A stretch of DNA of 63,880 bases, counting the filler, from Octopus bimaculoides (taxonomy: Eukaryota): NCBI RefSeq assembly GCF_001194135.2. It is 5 parts of 4 records of this genome, joined end to end, with 100 filler letters (N's around TTAATTAATTAA, not from the genome) between each part and the next. Parts side by side here need not be neighbours in the genome. Positions count along the whole stretch, not along the records: positions 38,810 to 54,565 come from NC_068983.1; 4 more parts are not named here. The stretch is one strand, 5' to 3'. This document shows, one piece after another, positions 38,710-52,430 of the stretch. Each line of letters opens with the position of its first letter. Position 1 is the first letter of the stretch. The notes beneath the pieces were generated by a model that was not told the origin of the DNA, did no database searches, and was given only the letters and a program-made list of their open reading frames with translations. The position numbers and the translations under genes are program-made.

Positions 38710-39225
38710 NNNNNNNNNNNNNNNNNNNNNNNNNNNNNNNNNNNNNNNNNNNNTTAATTAATTAANNNNNNNNNNNNNNNNNNNNNNNNNNNNNNNNNNN
38801 NNNNNNNNNATATATATACATGCATATATATATTTATAAAAAAGAAGTTTGAAAACGCCACTGTATCAGATAAATTTTAATTTTAATTTTTTCAGAGATA
38901 TTTTACATGTTTCGGTTCTTCTTGAAAAAAATGAACCTTGTCAAAAATATATATTTTTGAAAGTTAAATAAAAGAAAAGTTCATAATTATCTCTAACTAG
39001 TTTCAACAGAGTCCACGTGGAAGCGTTCTATGTGTGGGAACATAACGGCTGTCTTGTGTGTTGACTAGAATCGTTGGCTGTAGTAGTAGAAGTGACCGTG
39101 GTGGTAGTGGTGAGTAGCGAGTGTGACTATTGGCCGTAATAGTAGCAGTAGCAGAGACCGTTGGTCGAAGTAGTAGAGTTGTAGTAGCAGTAATTAATTA
39201 TTCTGTACACAAACACACATACACA

Positions 39226-39304
<79 letters not shown>

Positions 39305-39931
39305 ACATTATATGTATTATGCAACATATATGATACGATGTATATGATATATATGATATATACTCCCACCCCATTTATATTAATATAAGTTTAGAGGGAT
39401 ATATTATCCGGACGGATACCATGGTGGCTCTCAGTTATGCTCCAGGTTACGTTAGTATTTAACGTCTATGGCTACCAGGAGTTGTCACTCATGCTGTAAA
39501 CTCATCCCAGGGATAATTCCGTGTTCGTTTCTATGAATAGTATTATTTTCTGGAGTGTATATTAGCAATAACTATAACAATACAGAATATAGAAATTTGT
39601 TGATCCTCAAAATTCATTTTACAATTACATACACCATATTTGTTATAGTTTCAGATTCAAAACAATCTCCCCTCACCTCCCACTGAACTCTAACCAACAA
39701 ACAACTAACTGTATTCAGTTCGTTTCGAGACTAGCTGGACAGACCCTGGACGAAGCTGCACGGAAACTTTTGCCCGGTTGCATGTGCAACAGCCCATACT
39801 CTGTACAGTAGAAACACGTGTAGGTAGTAATGACCATAAAAATATGGTGTATGAAATTGTAAACTAAAAAAAAATAAATGAATTTTGAGTATGAACACGT
39901 CTCAATATCCTATACTATTAGAAATATTGGT

Positions 39932-40002
<71 letters not shown>

Positions 40003-40269
40003 ATGTCTACACATCTACACATACACACACACATACGCATGTATGTATGCATGTATGTATGTATGTACTATTTTATTATCAATGGTGACTTAATACTTTG
40101 TAATTTCAACCATGAGAAACCAGTGTGGGTTAATCTTGTCACCAAATAAGTTACCGTTGAAATTGATTATCACTTTGGTTCTGTAACCAATGTTGAGTCT
40201 TTTAGTCAATGCATATCAAGTGTATTTAGGTACAAATCAAGAATACATGCGATTATGTGTGTGTGTGTT

Positions 40270-40305
<36 letters not shown>

Positions 40306-40315
40306 NNNNNNNNNN

Positions 40316-40365
<50 letters not shown>

Positions 40366-41260
40366 TTGGTAGATAGATAAATAGATATTTACACAAGTAC
40401 GCACACATACAAATATAATTGCTTATGTATATACTTAAATATACATAAATGCATATACATGTATATATACGAATGTATACAAGAGTGCGCATGCATGTAT
40501 GTATGTGTAAATATATATGTGTGTGTAAATATTTATATATGGGCGTGTATAAATAAATACATTTAAATATAGAATTGTATGTGTATATGTTTGTGTGTAT
40601 GTGTGTATGTATGTATGTGTATATATATGTATAAGATATATATATGTATATATATANNNNNNNNNNNNNNNNNNNNNNNNNNNNNNNNNNNNNNNNNNNN
40701 NNNNNNNNNNNNNNNNNNNNNNNNNNNNNNNNNNNNNNNNNNNNNNNNNNNNNNNNNNNNNNNNNNNNNNNNNNNNNNNNNNNNNNNNNNNNNNNNNNNN
40801 NNNNNNNNNNNNNNNNNNNNNNNNNNNNNNNNNNNNNNNNNNNNNNNNNNNNNNNNNNNNNNNNNNNNNNNNNNNNNNNNNNNNNNNNNNNNNNNNNNNN
40901 NNNNNNNNNNNNNNNNNNNNNNNNNNNNNNNNNNNNNNNNNNNNNNNNNNNNNNNNNNNNNNNNNNNNNNNNNNNNNNNNNNNNNNNNNNNNNNNNNNNN
41001 NNNNNNNNNNNNNNNNNNNNNNNNNNNNNNNNNNNNNNNNNNNNNNNNNNNNNNNNNNNNNNNNNNNNNNNNNNNNNNNNNNNNNNNNNNNNNNNNNNNN
41101 NNNNNNNNNNNNNNNNNNNNNNNNNNNNNNNNNNNNNNNNNNNNNNNNNNNNNNNNNNNNNNNNNNNNNNNNNNNNNNNNNNNNNNNNNNNNNNNNNNNN
41201 NNNNNNNNNNNNNNNNNNNNNNNNNNNNNNNNNNNNNNNNNNNNNNNNNNNNNNNNNNNC

Positions 41261-41580
41261 AAGTGTCTTCTACTATAGCCTCGGGCCGACCAAAGCCTTG
41301 TGAGTGGATTTGGTAGACGGAAACTGAAAGAAGCCCGTCGTATATATGTATATGTATATGTATGTGTGTATATGTTGTGTATCTGTGTTTGTCCCCCCAA
41401 CATCACTTGACAACCGATGCTGGTGTGCTTAGGTCTCCGTAACTTAGCGGTTCGGCAATAAGAGACCGATAGAATAAGTACTGGGCTTACAAAGAATAAG
41501 TCCTGGGGTCGATTTGATTCGACTAAAGGCGGTGCTCCAGCATGGCCGCAGTCAAATGACTGAAATAAGTAAAAGAATAA
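41261..41580 (+). mobile_element. SINE family B copy (head lost in the gap)
   Basis: caagtgtcttctactatagcctcgggccgacc...gcggtgctccagcatggccgcagtcaaatgactgaaa. Confidence 0.9.
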
Positions 41581-41625
41581 AAGAATATATGTGTGTATAT
41601 AGATATATACGCATGCATATATATA

Positions 41626-42700
41626 CAGGGGTTGGACAAAATAATGGAAACGCCTTAAAATTTCAAACAAATAATATAGGCTTTGGCTGTAGTTACAGCT
41701 TGAATTCTACAAGGTATGGACTCGTACAAAGTTTGAATTGTTTCCAAAGGAATTTTTGTGCATTCTTCAGCTACAACAGTCTCCATTTCTCGTAGTGATG
41801 ACGGTGGAGGATATCGACTCCCTACTTGGCTTTCTAAAATGTACCATAGATGTTCAGTAATATTAAGATCTAGGGACTGTGGTGGCCAGATAAAATGTTC
41901 AACTTCACTAGAATGTTCCTCGTGGCATTCAGTAACAACTTTAGCTGTGTGAATTGATGCATTATCATCCTGAAAGACTGCGTTTCCCTCCAGTGAATTT
42001 GATCAGATAAAATTCTTAAATAGTCTTGATTATTAATTCTGCCATGAAGGGAAACCATTGGGCCGGCGTATTTCCAAGATATAGCCCCCACTAATCATTA
42101 CAGACCCTCCTCCATGTTTAACAGTTGGAAGAAGGCAGTCTGGGTCAAATGCTTCTTTTGGCTGTCTCCACATGTATACTCGGCCGGTGGTCGGAAATAA
42201 GGTAAATGATGCCTTGTCCGAGAAAATAACAATCATCCACTGCTCTAGGGGCCAATTCTGTAGGTTTTACTCCACTCTAAACGCTTTGCAACGTTTGTTT
42301 TTGAAAGTAGTGGTTTTCTGATTGCAGCCCTCCCGTGAAATCTGACTTTGTGCAGCTCCCGGCGAACAGTTTTTGTGGAAACTGTGTTCACGAGGTGGTC
42401 ACTAAGCTCTGCAGTAAATTTGGGAGCTGTACTTTTGTGATCCTAATAATTCGCGTAAGAGTCTGACGGTTCCTATCTGAAAGTTTTGGTTTTCTTCCGG
42501 AGTTTTGTTTTGACGAGGAGGTTTTTCCCTATTTCTCAAAGGCTGTCATTACTTTCGAGACGGTACTTCTTGATACACCAAACATTTCGGCTGTTTTTCG
42601 TTACGCTAGCGCCTGCATATGAGCACCAACAATTTGACCTCTTTCAAAGTCTGATTGATCTGTCATTTTAATGAATTTTAATTACTTCTCCTGATTGATC
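41626..42700 (-). mobile_element. Decayed Tc1-like DNA transposon; transposase ~42666-41660; one TIR retained
   Basis: TA|CAGGGGTTGGACAAAATAATGGAAAC at 41624-41651. Translation MTDQSDFERGQIVGAHM..FGVSRSTVSK..GRKPKLSDR..IFSDKASF..TVKHGGGSVM..FQDDNASIHT..WPPQSLDLNITEHLW, with frameshifts and stops. Confidence 0.92.
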
Positions 42701-42716
42701 TCATAACGAAGATATA

Positions 42717-42749
<33 letters not shown>

Positions 42750-43779
42750 NNNNNNNNNNNNNNNNNNNNNNNNNNNNNNNNNNNNNNNNNNNNNNNNNNN
42801 NNNNNNNNNNNNNNNNNNNNNNNNNNNNNNNNNNNNNNNNNNNNNNNNNNNNNNNNNNNNNNNNNNNNNNNNNNNNNNNNNNNNNNNNNNNNNNNNNNNN
42901 NNNNNNNNNNNNNNNNNNNNNNNNNNNNNNNNNNNNNNNNNNNNNNNNNNNNNNNNNNNNNNNNNNNNNNNNNNNNNNNNNNNNNNNNNNNNNNNNNNNN
43001 NNNNNNNNNNNNNNNNNNNNNNNNNNNNNNNNNNNNNNNNNNNNNNNNNNNNNNNNNNNNNNNNNNNNNNNNNNNNNNNNNNNNNNNNNNNNNNNNNNNN
43101 NNNNNNNNNNNNNNNNNNNNNNNNNNNNNNNNNNNNNNNNNNNNNNNNNNNNNNNNNNNNNNNNNNNNNNNNNNNNNNNNNNNNNNNNNNNNNNNNNNNN
43201 NNNNNNNNNNNNNNNNNNNNNNNNNNNNNNNNNNNNNNNNNNNNNNNNNNNNNNNNNNNNNNNNNNNTATATATATATATATATATACACATACATATCT
43301 ATATATACACACACACACATACATACATAGATGCACACACATGCATACATACATACATACATGCATACATACATACATACATTCATACATTCATAAATAA
43401 CTAGAAGCGCATGGAGCAGTATTGATTGAAATATGTTTACAATTATATCCGACGTAAAACTTTGTTAAACTAGAATTAATTAACTAGTGATGCACGAAGC
43501 ACTGTCGATTGAAATATCAGTTCGACGGCGTCATTCAGTGATGTGCTTTCATACATATTATCTATGAGGATAACTTTTTTTCCGTGGTGATTTCCGCAGT
43601 GAAGATCTTTTTATTCTGGGTGCAGGCATACGTGTTAAATATAATTGTATTCACCTATACACACACGTGCGCGCGCACACACATACACACATACACACAC
43701 ACATACACATGTATCTATCTATCTATCTATATATATATATATATATATGTGTGTGTATGTGTGTATGTATGTGTGTGTG

Positions 43780-43985
43780 CGTGTATCTTTGCGTTTGAGC
43801 TTGTCGCCTACCAGCGCTTGACAACCGCTATTAGTTCGTTTACGTCCAAGTAACGTAGCGGTTCGAAAAGTACTAGGTTTTAAAAAAATACTGGAGTCGA
43901 TTTCTTCGACTAAATACTTCAAGGCGATGCCCCACCATGGCTGTAGCCCAATAACTGAAACAAGTAAAAGAATAAAAGAATAAGA
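43780..43985 (+). mobile_element. SINE family B 3' half
   Basis: cgcttgacaaccgct...gtaacgtagcggttcg...ccatggctgtagcccaataactgaaacaagtaaaag. Confidence 0.75.
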
Positions 43986-43999
43986 ACTACCATATATAT

Positions 44000-44045
<46 letters not shown>

Positions 44046-44615
44046 ACACACACACACACACACACACGGCGCGCGCACACACGCACACACATATATATGT
44101 ATGTATGTATATACATATACATACATAGCTCTTCGAAACGCCGGTGTTAAAACGGAGGTAGCTGATGAAGTAGAANNNNNNNNNNNNNNNNNNNNNNNNN
44201 NNNNNNNNNNNNNNNNNNNNNNNNNNNNNNNNNNNNNNNNNNNNNNNNNNNNNNNNNNNNNNNNNNNNNNNNNNNNNNNNNNNNNNNNNNNNNNNNNNNN
44301 NNNNNNNNNNNNNNNNNNNNNNNNNNNNNNNNNNNNNNNNNNNNNNNNNNNNNNNNNNNNNNNNNNNNNNNNNNNNNNNNNNNNNNNNNNNNNNNNNNNN
44401 NNNNNNNNNNNNNNNNNNNNNNNNNNNNNNNNNNNNNNNNNNNNNNNNNNNNNNNNNNNNNNNNNNNNNNNNNNNNNNNNNNNNNNNNNNNNNNNNNNNN
44501 NNNNNNNNNNNNNNNNNNNNNNNNNNNNNNNNNNNNNNNNNNNNNNNNNNNNNNNNNNNNNNNNNNNNNNNNNNNNNNNNNNNNNNNNNNNNNNNNNNNN
44601 NNNNNNNNNNNNNNN

Positions 44616-44673
<58 letters not shown>

Positions 44674-44829
44674 GGTTTTTCTACGACTGTTTGTAGTTGT
44701 TACACGTTATTGTTATTTGGTGACTTGATCTGAGGTCGTATGCTGAAGTACTTCGAGATATCGAAATATGATGACTTTAAAAACACACACATATGCTGTT
44801 ATATTAACGTTTGTTTCATCGTGTTACAT

Positions 44830-45060
44830 TTACTCCGCAGGCGGTGTATGACCGAATAGTGAAAACGTTTGCCACTTAACCACAGAGTCTCAGTTTTGAT
44901 CCTACAATATGGAACCATGGGCAAACGTTATCTTCTACAGCTTCGGGTTGGCACACACCTCATGAGTGAAAATTGGGTGGATGGAATCCGTATAAAAGCT
45001 CAGCGAGTGGACTTACCTGTAATTCAAAGCGCACATACTGTGTGTCGCACAGATTCTTCT
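44830..45060 (+). mobile_element. Diverged SINE (family B-like head and CORE-like segment)
   Basis: accatgggcaaacgttatcttctacagcttcggg...gtgagtgaaaattggg-like segment. Confidence 0.55.
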
Positions 45061-45334
45061 TGACAATTAACTTAGGGGTACACGTATCTGCAGAATGCTG
45101 GTTCAGAAGGTAGTTCGGCTAATCAAACAAACGAATACTCATCGTCATACGATGGAGATTCATCACCATCATAGTCATTCCAGTATGGAAGTCTTCTGTC
45201 GTATGTGCCACCCTAGACACTGACAATCGATTCCTCGATTCCAGTGCAGTGAAAAACAAAAGATGACGTATATTATGTATGTTTAAATGGATATCATGGT
45301 GCATCTTTTTAAAATATGTGTGTGTATGTGTGCG

Positions 45335-45417
<83 letters not shown>

Positions 45418-45519
45418 ATGAACCCCTTTCGGTCATGAATGTCTATGGGATTGTACTCTGAAAGTTCTTCTCCGGGATACACGTCGGGACAAGGTTGTTT
45501 ATTGAAGACCAGTAATCGT

Positions 45520-45721
45520 TCACCCATGTATACCAGCCACCCCTCTCCACGCCACTGATGTTATCCAAGAGAAAGGCAAAGGGGCCGATACAGCTTGGCT
45601 CCAGTGACGTGGAAACTCATTTCTACAGCTGAGTAAACTGGAGCAACATGAACCCGGTCCGAGAATCGAACTCACTACCTCGTGATTGTAAGCCCGACGT
45701 ACTAACCACTGAGCCATGCGC
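45520..45721 (-). mobile_element. tRNA-derived SINE, family C
   Basis: Minus: GGCGCATGGCTCAGTGGTTAG (A box)...GAGTTCGATTCTC (B box), followed by a non-tRNA body. Confidence 0.8.
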
Positions 45722-45733
45722 CTTCACGTTATA

Positions 45734-45795
<62 letters not shown>

Positions 45796-46325
45796 ATCCT
45801 TGGTCTGTTGTGATGATTCACAAGTAACGCCCAAAAATTTAATGGAACATTCTGAATGGTGTAAAATGATGAATATCTTTAAGTCAATAAGTCGGACTGG
45901 CAAAACATTATTATTGTAATACATAACGAAGCATACTTATGGTGATGGAGGCAAAGTAAAGGTTCGTGGATATTATGAATAATCTTTAATAATATCTTAT
46001 GTATATGAAACGGTTCTTACCAATAAACTTGTGAGATACACAAACATGTGTCGTGATGCATTAATAAAGCCTATAAATATCCATCCACAAGTCATTATCA
46101 TTATTACATACATACATACATACATACATACACACGTATGTATGTATGTATGTATGCATGTATGTATGCACGTATGTATATATTTTTATCTTTTATTTGT
46201 TTCAGGCATTAGATTGAAACCATGATGGGGTACAGCTTTGAAGAATTTTTAGTCGAATGAATCGATCTCAGTACTTATTTTGCTTTAAAGTTCTCAAGCG
46301 GTGGAGGGAAGGCAAAGACAGCCAC

Positions 46326-46370
<45 letters not shown>

Positions 46371-46503
46371 CATTACATATATGTGTATATATATATATAT
46401 GTATGCATGCATGTGTGTATGTGCTTAGGTCGTAATACAGGTCGATTGATGAAGTTTCAAAATTTAAACTATTATTATTCATCATCATCATCACCATCAT
46501 CAA

Positions 46504-46712
46504 GGCGGCGAGCTGGCAGAATCGTTAGCACGTCGGGCGAAATGCTTAGCGGTATTTCGCCCGTCGCTGCGTTCTAAGTACAAATTCCGCCGAGGTCGAC
46601 TTTCATCCTTTCGGGGTCGATAAATTAAGTCCCGGTTGAGTACTGGGGTCGATGTAATCGGCTATCCTCCTCCCCCGAATTTCAAGCCTTACGCCTATAG
46701 TAAAAAGGATTA
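46504..46712 (+). mobile_element. Best-preserved SINE family A copy (tRNA head plus Meta-domain-like core)
   Basis: GGCGGCGAGCTGGCAGAATCGTTAGCACG head, then gaggtcgactttcatcctttcggggtcgataaattaagt. The core resembles the MetaSINE/Sauria-type domain from memory, unverified. Confidence 0.9.
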
Positions 46713-47109
46713 TTTATCTCTTAACTCATTTTGTATTTGTCTAGAATATATTTATTAAAAAAAAAAAAATGATTCAAAATAAACGTCATTTCTAGACTTG
46801 AGTCGGGGGAAAAAGACATTTGGATTCGATGAATACAATATTGGATAACTTTCCGAAAAAGTAAGATTTACGTTATCTATTATAGCTTGATAGACTGAGT
46901 CATTTCATAGATTAGTATCTTAAACTGTGTCGGTAGTACATAGCAAACTGCTGACCGTTCGTTTGACAACCAGTAAACCAACGTAGTTTCCCTTACATTG
47001 GAATAATTTTTTTATTTAAAGGCGAGAATTTTACAGTGTGGTACGTATTTTAGTTTCTCGCTGGCAGCAGTTTTCAGTTAAATCTAAAATATCACAAACA
47101 AGATAGTAT

Positions 47110-47310
47110 GGTATCAAATCTGGCATATGATCAACAATTTTTAGGTACATAGGGTTAGTTGATTACATTGACTCCATTACTTAACTGGTACTCCGAAAGG
47201 ATGAAAGCAAAGGTTGACCTTGGCGGGATTTGAACTTAGAACGCAGAGTTGAGAAAAATATTACCATGCATTTTGTCCAACGCTCTTAACTATTCTGTGA
47301 GCTCACTGCC
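47110..47310 (-). mobile_element. SINE family A copy
   Basis: ccgaaaggatgaaagcaaaggttgaccttggcgggatttgaactt. Confidence 0.8.
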
Positions 47311-48118
47311 TTTACAAACAAAATAATACAAAAATTACATTAAAAGATCGTTAGTATCTTATGACGAGAACTGCATGGTGTTTAGTGGGCGAGTTTATTT
47401 AGTCATTTTACAGAATCTACATAATGTAGAGATATTTATGTTTCGATGATTGTTGGAGTTTGGCATTGTGAAAATGAAATAAATATGTGTACAACTTACA
47501 AACATGTGGATTAGTTTACCGAGGGACTCAACTTATTTTGTTCGATTTTAAACACATCATTAAAATGTATAATCAATGACTTAAAAATTGCTTGACATGT
47601 GTCACAGCGCCTTTTTTTATGTGCTCGCTCCACGAAACCTTAAAACCTGGTAACGCTACTAGTTGATATAAGGGATTAGCAGATATAAGGACTATCAAAT
47701 ATACAGTTATCAGATATAAAAGATTTCGCGTTTTGATCAATCTTTAGCATAAGTGAAAATTATACCACAAACAGCTGAAAAACGTCGTCTTTTTACAAGT
47801 CAGAAGAAAGGGGCAATGACTAATACTTTTGAAGGGCCTTTCAGATGGCTAAGGGGATTCGGTTAATGTTTGCCTTAAATTTCTATTGGTCGATGCTTCT
47901 GGGGGAAGTTTTGTAACAGAAGACATTCCAGAGGGATGCAGCTAAGTGGAGGAGAGGCAGAGGTATCCAATAAACTTGCGCATAGGTAGTACAGAATTTG
48001 CTTGTTCATGAGACCAGAAGCCGTTTTTGTAACGTTGAGACAAATATAAAATAGAGCGAATATGGGATATGTTGGTGAATAAATGGTTGCCAAAAAGTGA
48101 GATGATATTTTGATCAAA

Positions 48119-48183
<65 letters not shown>

Positions 48184-48364
48184 TCCTCCTCTCAGAAATG
48201 AAAACAAAACTGCAGTGTGAATATAAAAAAATAGGCAAAAGACATCAAAGTATATGATTGTGTGTGTGAGAGAGAGGGAGAGATGAACAGTGTATGTACA
48301 TATGTATGTATGTATGTACACATACCTATATATGTATGTATGTTTGTATGTATATATGATTGTG

Positions 48365-48428
<64 letters not shown>

Positions 48429-48700
48429 AGTAAAAATAAATACAAAAAAAGGTGGATTTTTTTGTATGATTGTGTATAGAGGAATATATTATTTTGCTTA
48501 AAAGAGTTCCAACACTGTCTGTTTTTTATGTTTTATTTATATTCCTGCAGAACTAATGTGGGGTATAGAATATGGAATATACAATATATAATATAATATA
48601 CAATATATAATATAAAATAAAATAAAAATGGATGGCACCATGAAATAAAGTATTGAATGTAGATGAAATATTGAGTGTTCAATATAAAGGATCAAATATA

Positions 48701-48717
48701 TAAATATATAAATATAA

Positions 48718-48814
<97 letters not shown>

Positions 48815-48941
48815 AATATATGTATAGATATATTTATGTATATATGCATGTATGCATGTATGTATGCATGTATATATGTATCCATGTATGCATGAATGTA
48901 CGTACGTATGTATGTATGTATGTATGTATGTATGTATGTAT
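48701..48941. repeat. Long (TA)n and (TATG)n microsatellites, representative of dozens of TA/TG/AG/TAGA/TATG/AAT tracts that border most N gaps
   Basis: Read directly. Confidence 0.95.
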
Positions 48942-49060
48942 AGTACCGATATAAGCTAGAACACTGTATTTCTCAGGGTTTCATTTCTGGATATACCAGA
49001 CAATGAACGGACGAAATGACAGGGATAAACATTTACTCTCAGAACTGAACGCCGTACGCC

Positions 49061-49108
<48 letters not shown>

Positions 49109-49769
49109 CGCTCTTATGCTTGCGTGGTGTGTGTATATGCATGTGTACTTAAATACGCACATATTTTTTTCTTTAAGAAACGGGGGTAAAGAGTACCCAA
49201 CAGATGTAACAGAGTATTTTTATTATTGTCGTTTTCTATTACCCATGACTGTTGTGCGCAGATATTTCAAGAAAAATTATCGCGAATGATATAGCGATAA
49301 TACTGTCTATAAGATATAAGTTACATATATTTTGAGAACCATTCTAAAGAAAAGAAAAAAGCAAAGTAATTTATCTATCGGAAACTGGGAAAGAGATCTT
49401 TAAACCAAATCTGTAGCATAGCATAAACTAAGGATCCTGTAGTTTATATTCGTTAGGACATTAGAGTGAAATTTTGTGGATGAGCTGTATCAAATAGTTT
49501 AGTAGCAGTGATACTGTGTGTGAAAGATTGTAGACATTCTATTAAAATTAAGGATTTGCTTCCCAAACATTACTGATATATTAAGTCAAAATGCTTTCAG
49601 TGAGAGCTTCTATAAAATCATTTGGCTTTCTAGAAATAGTAGCTGAATTTTCCTGAAATCCCATCGAAAGTATACGTTGGACATTGTAGTCACTGATATA
49701 CAAAAAGATGGTATGTTACTTCTTGGAATGTCTTTGATCTGCTTGTTCACTACTTAATATTGACAAATA

Positions 49770-49992
49770 ATAATCCTTTCTGTTATAGACACAAGGCCTG
49801 AAATTTGTGGGTGGGGTGTGTGGTTATAGTCATTACATCGCTCCCAGGGCTCAACTGGTATTTATTTCATTGGCCCACCCGAAAAGATGAAAGGCAAAGC
49901 CGACCTTGGTGGAATTTGAAGAGAGAACGTAAAAACGGACGAAATGCCGTAAAGTATTTTGTCCGCTGTGCTAACGATTCAGCCACCTCGCC
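49770..49992 (-). mobile_element. SINE family A copy
   Basis: ccgaaaagatgaaaggcaaagccgaccttggtggaatttgaa...gctaacgattcagccacctcgcc. Confidence 0.9.
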
Positions 49993-51077
49993 TCCTTTAA
50001 TTAACTAATAATAATAATGACTAAAAAGAAATAGAACTAGTGCGTGGGCTTGTTATTGGCATAATGACTCTCGACATACAACAAAATCTGTTTTAAAACA
50101 CAAGCTGATATCAAGAGTCTTGCAAACCAAATATAAGAACGTTTTTACTTTCTATATAAGCCATGATCCATTTGGTATCAGGTGGTGGGAATTATGAAAA
50201 TAGCGTCATGAAACATTTTTCATACTCGTTTTTAATTTTTTTTTTTTTTAGTTTTTTTCACAACTTCCGATTTTTTTCTTTTTTAGCTTTAACTGTAATT
50301 GTTGTTTTTTCTACTACAAGCTCAAGGATGGAGCATCTATGTAAAACAAAAGGGTAGTGGAGTTTAAGGAGGATTTATTATATTGAAAACCATGCTGTTT
50401 GGCGTTGCTAATGCTTCCTCTTGTAGAGATGGTATCAGTGACTCGTTACCATTCTCTTTTCTGTATTATTGAATTGTCGGTTAAATGGAATGAAAAATGT
50501 TAACAATATAAGGTCAGTGTCATTAGTAGTACAATCACCAACACAAACAACTATAACACCTTCATCCATCACGATCACTTAATAGGCCTGATTCTATGAT
50601 TGTCATTTATCGCACTAAAGATAATTCATTGCATGAATACAATCATCATTGCTACTTCTATTGCCTCACCAATTTATAACTTACTAATCCATACATTTCC
50701 TTCATAGCAAACACCACCAGTAAAACAAAACCCATTCTAACAATGTGAACGAACTTTACCAAAAATCGTACAAAGAACACAATGCATTTATTTAGTGACT
50801 ATATTAAACTATCACTTATATATATATATATATATATATCTCGGAACATAAGCAAAAAAGAGAAAGAAAAAAGATAGAAATAAGAAATAAGCAGCAGGGA
50901 GGGTAGAGAATAAATATAAGAATAAATGCCAGATAGGTGTTGCACGGAGTTCAGAATGACTTCAGTCAGACTAATATAGATAAGTCAAGAGAGGGCGTCA
51001 CATACAGCTTGCGACATTTGCTGCAGTATACCACAGTCTGACAGCGCGTATGCAATGTGTACATGCAAACGAATGAA

Positions 51078-51170
51078 CCAATAAGCGGGCGGGCGGGCCA
51101 AAGAGCTCTTGTGATATATAAGTGTAGCTTGGTTCTTATCATAAATGGGTAGATGAAACACAGTCAGTGG
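51078..51170 (+). promoter_or_regulatory. Pol II core promoter: CCAAT (51078-82), triple GC box (51085-98), TATATAA (51115-21), Inr-like TCAT/TCAGT (51139, 51164)
   Basis: Motifs occur in canonical order and spacing directly upstream of an ATG-bearing exon. Confidence 0.7.
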
Positions 51171-51230
51171 TCAGCATCGCTTGTCTTCTCTGCCTTTCTT
51201 TTCCACTTGGATTATTTGACCGGCATCATC

Positions 51231-51295
51231 ATGACGGATGATCCTTTAGACAAAGACAAACTCCTCAGTTGGTATAAACTGGCGAAAAGTGACAG
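51231..51295 (+). CDS. First coding exon of an unidentified gene: MTDDPLDKDKLLSWYKLAKSD, then a phase-2 intron
   Basis: ATG with A at -3, 21 open codons and a consensus CAG|GTAAGT donor at 51296, downstream of the promoter motifs. Confidence 0.6.
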
Positions 51296-51945
51296 GTAAG
51301 TCAATAATTAGTATAGGCATGCATATATCTGAATATTGTTCATTTCTAATGTATTCCACACATAGACAATGGTCAGAAGTATTACATATATATATCTGAG
51401 TGTGTTTGTATATATGTATGTACGTATTGTGTATCCCTCTCTTTGTCTCTTACTCTCTCTCTCTCTCTCTCTCTCTCCTATGTTAATGTGTGAGTGTTTC
51501 TCTGTGTGTGCGAGTGTGTTTATGCGCCTCTGTCTTCGTGCGCGTGCCTGTCTGTGCGTATGTTTGCGTGTGTCTGTGTGTGTCTGCGGGAGCGCATAAA
51601 CACACAGGTACTCAATGTACAATTAACTACATGTATGTATGTATGTATGTATGTATGTATGTATGTATGTATTGTATGTATGTATGTATGTATGCATGCG
51701 TGCATACATGTATGTATTTATGTATGCATGTATGAATACACACACACACATACATATATAATTATACATACATATATGTATTTTTATATATACATATATA
51801 CACATGTACATTATATGTACACATCATGTTTGTATATATATATATATATATATGTATATAATGTTAATAACGTGTCTATATATATGTATATATATATTAT
51901 ATATATATAATATTATATATATATATATATATGTATAATATATAT

Positions 51946-52002
<57 letters not shown>

Positions 52003-52385
52003 NNNNNNNNNNNNNNNNNNNNNNNNNNNNNNNNNNNNNNNNNNNNNNNNNNNNNNNNNNNNNNNNNNNNNNNNNNNNNNNNNNNNNNNNNNNNNNNNNN
52101 NNNNNNNNNNNNNNNNNNNNNNNNNNNNNNNNNNNNNNNNNNNNNNNNNNNNNNNNNNNNNNNNNNNNNNNNNNNNNNNNNNNNNNNNNNNNNNNNNNNN
52201 NNNNNNNNNNNNNNNNNNNNNNNNNNNNNNNNNNNNNNNNNNNNNNNNNNNNNNNNNNNNNNNNNNNNNNNNNNNNNNNNNNNNNNNNNNNNNNNNNNNN
52301 NNNNNNNNNNNNNNNNNNNNNNNNNNNNNNNNNNNNNNNNNNNNNNNNNNNNNNNNNNNNNNNNNNNNNNNNGTATAATATATAT

Positions 52386-52430
<45 letters not shown>

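Noticed and set aside
44131-44170. GAAAC...CTGATGA in permuted (type II) hammerhead order
   Set aside because: Helix I and helix II arms do not pair, the sequence runs into a gap, and the start resembles a SINE tail (compare 62187).
45650-45721. tRNA-like sequence (also 62330-62403)
   Set aside because: A and B boxes are present, but there is no proper acceptor stem or terminator and it continues into a repeat body. These are SINE heads, not tRNA genes.
51231-51295. Loose resemblance of the first-exon peptide to glutamine synthetase N-termini
   Set aside because: Only scattered L/D/K matches, and no downstream WIDG-encoding exon was found in the window, so no gene name is assigned.
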